Virus record (IMG/VR): IMGVR_UViG_3300011443_000003
Location: 1-56,485 of that record
From: a virus
Strand: one strand, 5' to 3'
Length of the DNA: 56,485 nucleotides
A program made the translations under genes and the position numbers. The notes under the pieces were generated by a model. That model saw only the letters and a list, made by a program, of their open reading frames with translations. It did not search any database and had not been told where the DNA came from. Numbering within the stretch: the first letter of the stretch is position 1; the number at the start of each line of letters is the position of its first letter. This document shows, piece after piece, positions 35,394 to 44,154 of this stretch.

Positions 35394-35626
35394 TAAGCCT
35401 TGCTTGCGAGCTTAATGAACAGTTGGCCCTGCTCGCTTGCGGGGTCGATGCCGTTATCCAAGAGCATCTTTACCATGCGGTCTTTGGCGGTCTGACCCGC
35501 CATTTGATTCAGCTCATCCCAATCGGCTTGTGTCGGGTCTTTACCCGATGCCCACTTCTGCCAGATAGCTTCCGCAAGTTTTAGGCTGCCGTTGGCGATT
35601 ATTGGTAGATAAAATTCCCATCCCAT
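35393..35626 (-). CDS. Hypothetical small protein
   Basis: 77-aa ORF. Confidence 0.5.
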   Translation of the reverse strand: MGWEFYLPIIANGSLKLAEAIWQKWASGKDPTQADWDELNQMAGQTAKDRMVKMLLDNGIDPASEQGQLFIKLASKA

Positions 35627-35629
35627 AAG

Positions 35630-35962
35630 TTATCTCGCTTTCGCTTCCAGAATTGAGTGAACAACTACCTCGGCTAGATGAATAACATCGTGAGGAGCTA
35701 GGTTCGTCATGTTATACTGTGCGGCTACTATTGCCACCCGCATACCGATTTGAAATCGGTCGTAGTTTTGGGACACCACAGGCACGTCATTGGTTTTGAA
35801 GTTTCCCCTGATAACGCCATAAAGGTATGTGTCGTATGCAGCCGTGGTGCTGCTTTCCACGCTGTAGAGCGTGTTGTGGACCGTTCGCTTGGTCGTGGTG
35901 CAAGCCCCTAGAAAGAGCGCAATTCCGACCAGCAACGGCATGGAATATTTAAGCATCTTCAT
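35630..35962 (-). CDS. Lipoprotein
   Basis: The N-terminus MKMLKYSMPLLVGIALFLGAC carries a lipobox, L-G-A-C. Confidence 0.6.
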   Translation of the reverse strand: MKMLKYSMPLLVGIALFLGACTTTKRTVHNTLYSVESSTTAAYDTYLYGVIRGNFKTNDVPVVSQNYDRFQIGMRVAIVAAQYNMTNLAPHDVIHLAEVVVHSILEAKAR

Positions 35963-36001
35963 AATGGAAAGTTGGCCCCTGATACCGCAGGGGCGACGGA
36001 T

Positions 36002-36382
36002 TTAGGGCGTAGGGGGAGGAGTCGGGTCATCAGGAATGACGTCATCAAAAGCCTGCATGGTGGTTTTAACGCCATCCATAGCCTCGGCAACTTCCGTGGT
36101 TACTTCTCCACCAGCTTCTAGAAGGGCCAACAGCCTCTTGATTTCAGTGTCAGCCGCGTCAAATCGACGAGCTTGTTCCGAGGCCACCTTTGTGGCTTGT
36201 GTTTGGATGGCCCTTAGACCAGCCGCTAATTCTGCTTGGTTCATAATGATCCTGTCTAACGTTTTGTTGTTGTCTTCTTCTTCTTTCCACTCCACCAGGA
36301 AGCGGAAAATTCTTTGCAGCCATCCAATCGTATGCTTCGGCTGGTCAGCTTCGTCTTTCGGACTTCTTAAAGGCTTGGCCAT
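36002..36382 (-). CDS. Hypothetical coiled-coil protein
   Basis: 126-aa ORF. Confidence 0.55.
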   Translation of the reverse strand: MAKPLRSPKDEADQPKHTIGWLQRIFRFLVEWKEEEDNNKTLDRIIMNQAELAAGLRAIQTQATKVASEQARRFDAADTEIKRLLALLEAGGEVTTEVAEAMDGVKTTMQAFDDVIPDDPTPPPTP

Positions 36383-36388
36383 AAAATT

Positions 36389-39040
36389 TTACTTAAATCG
36401 AATGCTGGCGACGTTTGAGTAATCCGAAAAGTTGGTTCCCGCCGCGCATCGGACACGGAATTGATAGTTCCAGTTCTTTACACCCCCGCCTTGAGGATAA
36501 CCGTGAGAACTTGGAGGTAGTGTTGCAACCTTACTGAATGGCGGGAATGGGCCTGTTTTCTTTCCACTCATCTCTACCTCATATCGATCTTCTCCGGTGG
36601 CATTGTCAATCCAATTCAGGTTCATGCTTGCACCCGCTTTGGTGACAGTCAATGATGTTGGGGCACTCAATACTGGAATCGGTTGAATCGGCGGAGAATT
36701 GGTCGGGGCTGTGACTGACACCTTCCATTCTCTAACATCCCACGCGCTGCCATGCTCCAAATCTTCAACCATGATAGCAAGGGAGTGGATACCCGGTTCT
36801 GGAAACGTAAGCGAGCCGTTAAAGTAAGAACCTGACCCGTTCGCATAATTACAGTTCACACACACTCCTGCGCTTCCCATGACCCAGAAGTTATTGTTTG
36901 TTTTCAAATTGGCCAGATTGGTCACAGCGAAGTGAAGCGTAAAGGGAGTAGTGCCGCACAGCTTGTTAAACTTGACGTTCAGCACCGGGAATGGAGTTGT
37001 GTTGGTGGCATCGGTTCCGGTGCGAAGGATTATCCTGTCGCTGTCAGCGTGTGGCGAAAATTGATCATTGTAGGTGTACGCCTTCACCATGTATGAAGCA
37101 TTGGTGTTGAGATACCCGCGATAGTTCACGTTGAACCCATTTCCGATTGGAAGCCAGTTGGAGTTCCAGGCGTTCAATCCGGCACTGGTGACGTAGGGTT
37201 TGAAATACACCTCCTTCGACGGAATGCTGTTAGTTATCAGCCAAACACGCACAAACAAATCGGAAGTGCCCACCGGATTTGTAGCTGTGATTCCAATCTT
37301 GTAATCATGTATTTTGAAAGTGTCCGGGTCGCTGTAGACATTCAAGAACAGGTTGCTTCCGTCCGCACCGCCGTTCTTGTCCGATGCGCCCACGAAGAAC
37401 GGAAAGCTTACATCCAAGAATCTGTTATCGGGCGTGAACGGAAACACATTGGTCAACGACGCAATCCTGTTCCATCCGTTTACGGTTATGACCCGAAGCG
37501 CATCCCCGTTGGGATCGCTTGCATTGAAAGATACCACCGTTGGATTTCCACCAACCGTATCGTATGCCTTAATGTCCGAAACGATAGGTGGAGAATTGGT
37601 CTTTGGGCTGAAAACGAGTGGATTGGATAGTGTCTTTTGAGCGTTAATCTTTGCCCCCGTTGTGCTAAGCAATCCCATCTCAGTCATCTCATCCGTGCTC
37701 TGGCTGTTAAGCAGAATGTCCTTTAGTTCGTAGACCGAGAGATTTGGATTAAGAGCAACCACCAATGCCGATAAACCGGAAACGTGCGGGGTGGACATTG
37801 AGGTTCCTGAAGCGGTCTTATAACCGTTAGCACTACCCATGATGAAGGTGGTATTGGTTGGAACAGTGCTAAGAGTGGAAACTCCCGGTGCAGATACATC
37901 CGTCAGAACCAGGTTGTAATTCGAAAACTGAGCCAGCTTGTTTGCTGAATCCGATGCCAAAACGGTGACGCTCCCCCTGTTTCCGAGTCCCGCTGGCTGG
38001 AACGGATTAATGCCTATGTCCTGACCCGAATTACCCGCCGCGATAACGGACAGGATGCCAGCTTGCTCTACACTTTGAAATGCATCCCGCAAAACCTGTT
38101 CACTGCCGGGCCCACCCCACGAATGGTTGCCAACCCGTATATCCACCCCTTGCGCTTTCAGCTCAATGGATTTGTCCAAAAGCTCAATAACGTCTGCGAT
38201 GGTGCCGTCACCGTTTTTGTTCAGGAACTTCATAGCCATCAGCTTGACGTTCCAATTCATGCCCGAGATACCAATGCCATTATTCGCTACCGCTCCGACG
38301 GTTCCAGATACATGCGTGCCGTGGCCGTGATTATCCATGCCGTCAGAGACCAAGTTACCATTTATACACGTCCACCCATGATTTCCGTTTTGACCGGTAT
38401 ATAAATGAGTCGCAAGGTCTGGATGCGTAAAATCAATTCCAGTATCGAAGACAGCAACCACTATGTCGGAATCACCTTGGGACTTGTCCCACGCCTGTGG
38501 CATGAAAATGTTAGTCATATCCCATTGCTGAGGCCACATTGGATCAGTTGGTGAAACGGCTATGCTAACCGGAGAATCAGGTTCAATGTACTCGACATCT
38601 TCACGCAACGCTTCAAGCAACTCAGGGTTATCAATCTCAAGCCGAACAAGGTTAAGGTGAACAAGATGCTTGCTCTTGTTCTTAGGGCCATGGTCTTTGA
38701 CCTTCTTCTCGATGTTCGGTTTTCGATCCTTCTTTGGCTTTGCCAACCAAACAGTATTCGTAGACGCCACAATAGGCTCAGCAACTCCAAATTCGGACAC
38801 TTTTAAGGAAGGTGAAATGCGCTGCGCCGTCGCCGTGAACGAAAGCGCAACGCAAAAGAGTGTGGATAGTAGTTTAACCATGAATTGCTGGTCCAAATAC
38901 TTTCCAGCCCAAAATAGGGCCAGAAGAATCCAGAGGACAAGATTGCTTCCGGCCCACGCCAACGGGTTTGCGCGGTTGGTGTAGAATCCGAAGATCAATC
39001 CAATTGTCATTATCACCCAGAATAGTAGACCTATGCTCAA
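36389..39040 (-). CDS. Exported subtilisin-like serine protease (peptidase S8) with C-terminal beta-rich/Fn3-like domains
   Basis: The catalytic triad contexts are VVAVFDTGID, HGHGTHVSGTVGA and SGTSMSTPHVSGL. The track start at 39040 is TTG. In-frame ATGs lie at 39010 (adds two TM helices) and at 38881 (MVKLLSTLFCVALSFTATAQ, a Sec signal). Confidence 0.8.
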   Translation of the reverse strand: MSIGLLFWVIMTIGLIFGFYTNRANPLAWAGSNLVLWILLALFWAGKYLDQQFMVKLLSTLFCVALSFTATAQRISPSLKVSEFGVAEPIVASTNTVWLAKPKKDRKPNIEKKVKDHGPKNKSKHLVHLNLVRLEIDNPELLEALREDVEYIEPDSPVSIAVSPTDPMWPQQWDMTNIFMPQAWDKSQGDSDIVVAVFDTGIDFTHPDLATHLYTGQNGNHGWTCINGNLVSDGMDNHGHGTHVSGTVGAVANNGIGISGMNWNVKLMAMKFLNKNGDGTIADVIELLDKSIELKAQGVDIRVGNHSWGGPGSEQVLRDAFQSVEQAGILSVIAAGNSGQDIGINPFQPAGLGNRGSVTVLASDSANKLAQFSNYNLVLTDVSAPGVSTLSTVPTNTTFIMGSANGYKTASGTSMSTPHVSGLSALVVALNPNLSVYELKDILLNSQSTDEMTEMGLLSTTGAKINAQKTLSNPLVFSPKTNSPPIVSDIKAYDTVGGNPTVVSFNASDPNGDALRVITVNGWNRIASLTNVFPFTPDNRFLDVSFPFFVGASDKNGGADGSNLFLNVYSDPDTFKIHDYKIGITATNPVGTSDLFVRVWLITNSIPSKEVYFKPYVTSAGLNAWNSNWLPIGNGFNVNYRGYLNTNASYMVKAYTYNDQFSPHADSDRIILRTGTDATNTTPFPVLNVKFNKLCGTTPFTLHFAVTNLANLKTNNNFWVMGSAGVCVNCNYANGSGSYFNGSLTFPEPGIHSLAIMVEDLEHGSAWDVREWKVSVTAPTNSPPIQPIPVLSAPTSLTVTKAGASMNLNWIDNATGEDRYEVEMSGKKTGPFPPFSKVATLPPSSHGYPQGGGVKNWNYQFRVRCAAGTNFSDYSNVASIRFK

Positions 39041-39056
39041 ACTTACCTCGCTTTCT

Positions 39057-39365
39057 TTATGTGGTTAGCTTTGTTTCAAGTGCAGCTTTAGCGTCTGCGA
39101 TCTGAACCGTGTTGACATTGGTTTGCTGTGCAATGGCATTAGATTGCTCAACTACTTCCTTTAAAGCTGAAGCGTCGGCGGCAAATAACGAAGTCAGGAA
39201 CTTTCCGATGATGTTAATGACGTATCCAGAAAGAGCCAGATACCACAATGTAGCCTTGTAATCTGGACTTAGATCGACGCTAAACTGCGGAAGCACGCCA
39301 ATTCCGATTAGGCTAGATCCCAAAGTGCTAATAGCACCGCCGATGGTTGTTTTGTAGTTTGCCAT
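39057..39365 (-). CDS. Two-TM holin-like membrane protein
   Basis: 102-aa ORF with two hydrophobic helices (TIGGAISTLGSSLIGIGVL and LWYLALSGYVINIIGKFLTSLF) and a hydrophilic C-terminal tail. The call rests on topology only. Confidence 0.4.
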   Translation of the reverse strand: MANYKTTIGGAISTLGSSLIGIGVLPQFSVDLSPDYKATLWYLALSGYVINIIGKFLTSLFAADASALKEVVEQSNAIAQQTNVNTVQIADAKAALETKLTT

Positions 39366-39381
39366 AGTTATCTAGGGATGC

Positions 39382-39798
39382 TCATGGAGGTTTCTGTGTT
39401 CGAGCTGGTTGTTGTGGTCGATTTGCTGTTGTTGCTTTATGCAGTCTCAAATCTTCTCCAATCTTAATAATATCCTTTTCCATTGCCTCGACACGCCTTG
39501 CCATTGCAGTAGAACCAACGGTATCAATTTGCCTTTGCCAAAGTTCCAAGGCGGTTATCCTGCTTGCATTTGCCGTAGTCATTGCTGACTGTTCGGCACC
39601 CTGTTTCACCAACACATCCATTTTGGTACTGATGCTCGATGCCCACCATATGCTGGTTCCGAAACCACCAGCACATAGCCCCGCAACAACAACAAACATG
39701 CCTATTGCAACAGGAAGAGGAACCGATATTTTGTCTGTGCTTGTTTGATCACCTTCTGAGTCCCTATATTTCATTGGAATTGGCTCTTCTGAGTTCAC
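39382..39798 (-). CDS. Single-pass membrane protein with coiled-coil ectodomain
   Basis: 138-aa ORF. The track start is GTG, with an ATG at 39774. The TM helix is PLPVAIGMFVVVAGLCAGGF. Confidence 0.5.
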   Translation of the reverse strand: MNSEEPIPMKYRDSEGDQTSTDKISVPLPVAIGMFVVVAGLCAGGFGTSIWWASSISTKMDVLVKQGAEQSAMTTANASRITALELWQRQIDTVGSTAMARRVEAMEKDIIKIGEDLRLHKATTANRPQQPARTQKPP

Positions 39799-39807
39799 TT
39801 TCTTAAA

Positions 39808-41274
39808 TCATTTGGCGTACTTGGCCGAAAAAGTGTTGTATACACCAGACCCGGCACTGATTACGGTTCCGCCAAAATTTACAGTGCCGTAGAAATAACC
39901 TCCCACTGCCACATTTCCAAACGCATCAAAATCTACACTCTGACCGTGACTCTCGCCTCCTATTGACCCATCCTTTCCCCATTTGTAAACGGGTGCGCTG
40001 GCACCGCTAGAAGTGAATACTGCAACGAAGAAGCAAGCACTTGGATTTCCGTGAAGTATATTTCCATCGAAACCAATTACCCCGAACACCTGTCCAGCTA
40101 ACCCAATGTTTCCAGAATCGTCCATATCCACGGCAAATGCTGTTGCTGCACTAAACCCATCGTTTCCCTTATAAACCTTGTCCCAAATGTATGTGCCGCT
40201 TGTGTTATATCCGGCCAAGAATATTCCAGTGACGGCTGACGAAACGCTACCTCCTCCAAAATTAGCCGTTCCGTTGAATGCTCCGGTAATGAGCACGTTC
40301 TTAGTCACCGGATCGCATGTGATAGAATTCCCCGTGCTTCCAGATCCTCCTCCAAACACACCATGCCAAAGGTAGCTTCCATTTGAACCGAGATATTTGG
40401 CTACGCATATCCCGTTTGTGGTTGTGGGCCCATTGCCAAAGTCAACATCGGCAGCTAAAGAGACCTGCCCCGTGATTACCACGTTGCCATCTGTATCAAC
40501 CGCAATACCGTTTGAATTGTCAGCGGCACTTCCACCATACATCTTGCCCCATGCGGTCACTCCCGCTGCGGCACCGAACTTTCCAATCGTAAGGTCGAAG
40601 CTGCCATGACCCGTAGCAGTTACTCCATTTCCGAAGTTGACCAACCCGCCAGAACGGGATGCAGCGAACACATTACCCGAGCTGTCAACCGCTATGGCGT
40701 TTCCATTGTCGGTTGCACTGCTTCCATAGCCCTTGGCCCAAGAAAGGGTTCCAGCCGATGAGTATTTAGCCAAGAACACATCCGTGTCCAACGATCCGCC
40801 CGTTGCGGTTAGCGTGGTTCCGCTGATGTTGGCGCTGCCCTGAAAGTTTCCGACCATGATGATATTGTCTGAACTGTCCACGGTTACACCTGTTCCATTG
40901 TCCGTAGCTGTTCCGCCCATTCCCTTAGCCCATATCAAAACTCCCGATGGGCTGTACTTCACCAAAAAGGCATCCAACCCACCAAAGCTGGTTATCTGAC
41001 CGGAACCGAAGTCCACGAAGTTAATGAACTGACCGACTACGATCAGGTTTCCAGCACTGTCGTTTTTAACTCCGTTGACTCTGGCTTGATACTGAGGAAA
41101 TGAAGTCTTTACCCATTGCAAAGCACTCGGAGCCACGTTCGTGTTAATGACTCCCGGGGTAGCAATCAGCCTTACGCTTCCCGTTATCTGAGATGTTCCA
41201 GAAACCTGAATCCCCGGCTGTGCGCCAAGCAATCCAGCTATCAGGCAGAGAAGCAATGTTAGCGGAGTTTTCAT
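39808..41274 (-). CDS. Secreted SBBP-type beta-propeller repeat protein
   Basis: The signal peptide is MKTPLTLLLCLIAGLLGAQ. Units such as GGTATDNGTGVTVDSSDNIIMVGNF and GSSATDNGNAIAVDSSGNVF recur. Confidence 0.65.
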   Translation of the reverse strand: MKTPLTLLLCLIAGLLGAQPGIQVSGTSQITGSVRLIATPGVINTNVAPSALQWVKTSFPQYQARVNGVKNDSAGNLIVVGQFINFVDFGSGQITSFGGLDAFLVKYSPSGVLIWAKGMGGTATDNGTGVTVDSSDNIIMVGNFQGSANISGTTLTATGGSLDTDVFLAKYSSAGTLSWAKGYGSSATDNGNAIAVDSSGNVFAASRSGGLVNFGNGVTATGHGSFDLTIGKFGAAAGVTAWGKMYGGSAADNSNGIAVDTDGNVVITGQVSLAADVDFGNGPTTTNGICVAKYLGSNGSYLWHGVFGGGSGSTGNSITCDPVTKNVLITGAFNGTANFGGGSVSSAVTGIFLAGYNTSGTYIWDKVYKGNDGFSAATAFAVDMDDSGNIGLAGQVFGVIGFDGNILHGNPSACFFVAVFTSSGASAPVYKWGKDGSIGGESHGQSVDFDAFGNVAVGGYFYGTVNFGGTVISAGSGVYNTFSAKYAK

Positions 41275-41299
41275 CGGCCCGGTATCGGCGGAAATAGTG

Positions 41300-41722
41300 C
41301 TACCTTGTTAACCCTACGATTACTCCCGCTGACGTTAGTAGCCACGGAGCGGGTTCCGAAAAATCCGACACGGTTTGGTTTAGGTGATTCGTTACCTTCA
41401 TTGCGAAAAAGGATGAAAAAGTCAAATCCCTCATGATGTTAAATTGCCATAGATTTGAAACAGGAGTTATTGATGTAGCGGGTATAACGATTTGCACTGG
41501 CCACGTTGCTACAGGGGTAAGCAATGCTGGCGATTGAACAAGTATAAATGACATGTTAGTTGAAGCATCCCGAATTGACATGCCTCCAAGACTGTTTGTG
41601 CCATCTATTGGCCATCTCCAACTAAGTTTCAATAGTTCAGGAGTTCCAGCCCGAGCCGCGAGTGTGAGCATGGCGAGGATGAAGCATACTGCCGCGAATA
41701 TATACCATCGGTTTGATTTCAT
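41300..41722 (-). CDS. Secreted hypothetical protein
   Basis: The signal peptide is MKSNRWYIFAAVCFILAMLTLAARAG. It has ATGA coupling. Confidence 0.55.
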   Translation of the reverse strand: MKSNRWYIFAAVCFILAMLTLAARAGTPELLKLSWRWPIDGTNSLGGMSIRDASTNMSFILVQSPALLTPVATWPVQIVIPATSITPVSNLWQFNIMRDLTFSSFFAMKVTNHLNQTVSDFSEPAPWLLTSAGVIVGLTR

Positions 41723-41904
41723 TTTAGTAGGGTTTCTTCACCGTTAAACGGTTTGCAACCGTAATCTGTTTGGGTCATAGCGTCTTGCCAACCTTGCCAG
41801 TATCCAAGGCTGTGCTCTCCGTCTTGAACTCCTGAGTCATACGCAATTTTCCACATTGATATTACTACAACAAAAGCAACCAACCATTTTGCTGCAATTT
41901 TCAT
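41719..41904 (-). CDS. Small membrane protein
   Basis: The ATG at 41904 forms an ATGA overlap (MKIAAKWLVAFVVVISMWKIAY...). Confidence 0.45.
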   Translation of the reverse strand: MKIAAKWLVAFVVVISMWKIAYDSGVQDGEHSLGYWQGWQDAMTQTDYGCKPFNGEETLLK

Positions 41905-42674
41905 GGTATTCCAAAATCTATTTTGCATTGTGCAACAGCACTGCTTTCTTCAGCGGTTGTAAGAATATTGGTCCATGCCCACACACGACAAATGTTTCCT
42001 TTGTAAAGTTGCCACTGAGCTAGATATGCTGCACCAAACGATGTGCTTCCAGCATTTCCACTTGCGGCTGTTACACCATTAGTGTCGATTCTACTAGACG
42101 CGCCATTAAACACCGCAGTTATTACATAATAATCATTCGTAATAGTTGCTGGCGTAGATAAAAGCGTGCCAGCCGAAATCTCAAGAGAACTGTTGCGATA
42201 CCGAAGATAAGGCGGGATGCCTGAACCATTAACGAAAATAAATTGTTCAGCCGCGGGAGTGCTACTATTCGCTACAACAATAAAAGTGGCAGTGGGCTTT
42301 CCGAAATCTTGTGATTCCATTCTGGTCGATGAACTCGATGTAAAATCGACTCTAGGAGATGTCCCATTTCCGCCTCCTCCACTTGTATAGTTAGTAGGAA
42401 ACGCCCCATCGGCATTAAAAAGACTACCACTAACAAGATTCGTCCAATGGTTAATACCAACACCGTCCCCTGTAGTGAAATCCTTTCCAGCACTGAGTAT
42501 TGGGGTTAGCTCTAACCATATAAACATTTGATTAGCTGTATTAGTAGGCCACCATCTACCTGATGCAGAAACCCTGTCCTTAGCAAAGTACGGCTGGTCG
42601 TGCGAGAACGACCCAAACCCCTGAGCAAACAGGTAGATAGGAATGCAGAAAGCTAGGAATAGGAGTAGGCGTTT
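41901..42674 (-). CDS. Secreted LamG/concanavalin-like protein
   Basis: ATG at 42674 with signal peptide MKRLLLFLAFCIPIYLFAQ. The pattern HWTNLVSG...ATFIVVAN...YYVITAVFNGASSRIDTNG resembles the Laminin_G_3 layout. Confidence 0.45.
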   Translation of the reverse strand, partial: KRLLLFLAFCIPIYLFAQGFGSFSHDQPYFAKDRVSASGRWWPTNTANQMFIWLELTPILSAGKDFTTGDGVGINHWTNLVSGSLFNADGAFPTNYTSGGGGNGTSPRVDFTSSSSTRMESQDFGKPTATFIVVANSSTPAAEQFIFVNGSGIPPYLRYRNSSLEISAGTLLSTPATITNDYYVITAVFNGASSRIDTNGVTAASGNAGSTSFGAAYLAQWQLYKGNICRVWAWTNILTTAEESSAVAQCKIDFGIP

Positions 42675-42679
42675 CATAC

Positions 42680-44116
42680 TCAGAATTGGCGATACACCGC
42701 ATTGGTTCCAAAGGCTGGATGGTAGCGTATCGAAAGCATTCCCTGAGAGGCATTGCTGATAGCCACTTGATTCGTTCTCTCTGGAATCCATCCTGAAGGA
42801 ATCGTTAGCAGCCAATTCGTTGAAGATTTGTTCGTAAGCGTTAGCATCACGGATTGAACTACTGTGTTTGATCTGTTAAGCAATCCCGTGATGGAGCAAG
42901 CAGTAAACGAGGCATATCCCTGATCTTCCACGTTCAGATCTATGGCGTTGGTTGGGCCAAGCCATGCGTTTGTCCTAAAGAACACAGTATTGGCCGTCAT
43001 TGAGGAATTTGAAGCCACTAACGACACAGCCTCCACGCCTCCAAGCAAAAGGCTTATCCTTCCTGGCACGGTTCCGCTAACAGGCGAGAACGTGGTTGTA
43101 CCGTAGAGTGTGGCATTCGTCAGTGGCCAAGCCACGTTGTACGTGAAGTTACTGCTTATGGTGTAGGTCGGAAATATGTTCGTGACGAAATAATTGCTTA
43201 CGTAACTGTTGTTGACAAAAATATTGGTGTTGAAAAAGTTAGATACGTATTCGTCTGTCTGGTAGAAATTCGTGACCGTTATGTACGAGGTTGGGAAATT
43301 GGTCACATACACGTTAGTATTAAAGAAATTGCTCACATACGAGTTGTTAAAAACATTAGTAGTGAAGTAGTTACTGACAGTGGTATCTGACGTATAGATG
43401 TTCGTGTTGAACACAAAATAGTTCGACGTTAAATAAGTCGCAAAAAGGTTGGTTATGTAGGCGTTCGATACCGTCATGAACTGCACGTTCGTATAGGTAT
43501 TGTACGTAAACTGGTTGACTGTAACATCCACGTTTGAAACGGTCGTGAACAGATTCGTGACGTAGTAGTTGCTGACAAAATTGTTGTTGTAAACGTTCGT
43601 GTTGAAATAATTGCTCAGGAACGTATTTCCCTGATAGTAGTTCGTGACCGTCAGGTTCGTCTGGTAGTTTTGAGTTATGTAATAGTTCGTAAAGAAGGCA
43701 TTCGACACCGGAGCGTTATTGATTACGTTAGTGAAAAAGTAGTTCGATACGTAGGTGTTGTTATTGTAGATGTTCGTATTGAACAGGTAAAAATTGGTGT
43801 TTGCGTTAACCAAGTACAGGTTTGTGATGAAAGATGTCTTGCCGTGGAATTCGTTCAACACTGTCAGGTTGGTAAAGAACGCATTCGACACGTAGAGATT
43901 GTTCAGGATCGTCACCGTCGCCGGATTCGTCCCAATGGCATCCTTAAGCTGATTCCAAGTGATGTTCTTGTTTGTCGCTCCGCTTGCCAATAGGAACAAG
44001 TCTCCTCCAGCCGGTGCCGTTGTGTTCGGAAACTGGCTGATCTTGACGACGATGGTTGCGCCGATGGACGAAAACACCATTGAGAGAATCAGGAATGGGA
44101 GAAGTAGTTTTTTCAT
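42680..44116 (-). CDS. Secreted N/Y/F/T/V-rich repeat protein (beta-solenoid-like)
   Basis: The signal peptide is MKKLLLPFLILSMVFSSIGA. About a dozen degenerate VSNYFxTNvYNN units span about 265 residues that are almost devoid of charged residues. Confidence 0.65.
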   Translation of the reverse strand: MKKLLLPFLILSMVFSSIGATIVVKISQFPNTTAPAGGDLFLLASGATNKNITWNQLKDAIGTNPATVTILNNLYVSNAFFTNLTVLNEFHGKTSFITNLYLVNANTNFYLFNTNIYNNNTYVSNYFFTNVINNAPVSNAFFTNYYITQNYQTNLTVTNYYQGNTFLSNYFNTNVYNNNFVSNYYVTNLFTTVSNVDVTVNQFTYNTYTNVQFMTVSNAYITNLFATYLTSNYFVFNTNIYTSDTTVSNYFTTNVFNNSYVSNFFNTNVYVTNFPTSYITVTNFYQTDEYVSNFFNTNIFVNNSYVSNYFVTNIFPTYTISSNFTYNVAWPLTNATLYGTTTFSPVSGTVPGRISLLLGGVEAVSLVASNSSMTANTVFFRTNAWLGPTNAIDLNVEDQGYASFTACSITGLLNRSNTVVQSVMLTLTNKSSTNWLLTIPSGWIPERTNQVAISNASQGMLSIRYHPAFGTNAVYRQF

Positions 44117-44154
44117 TTTGCGGTCACTTGCTTGATGATAAGATTCTCATAGGT

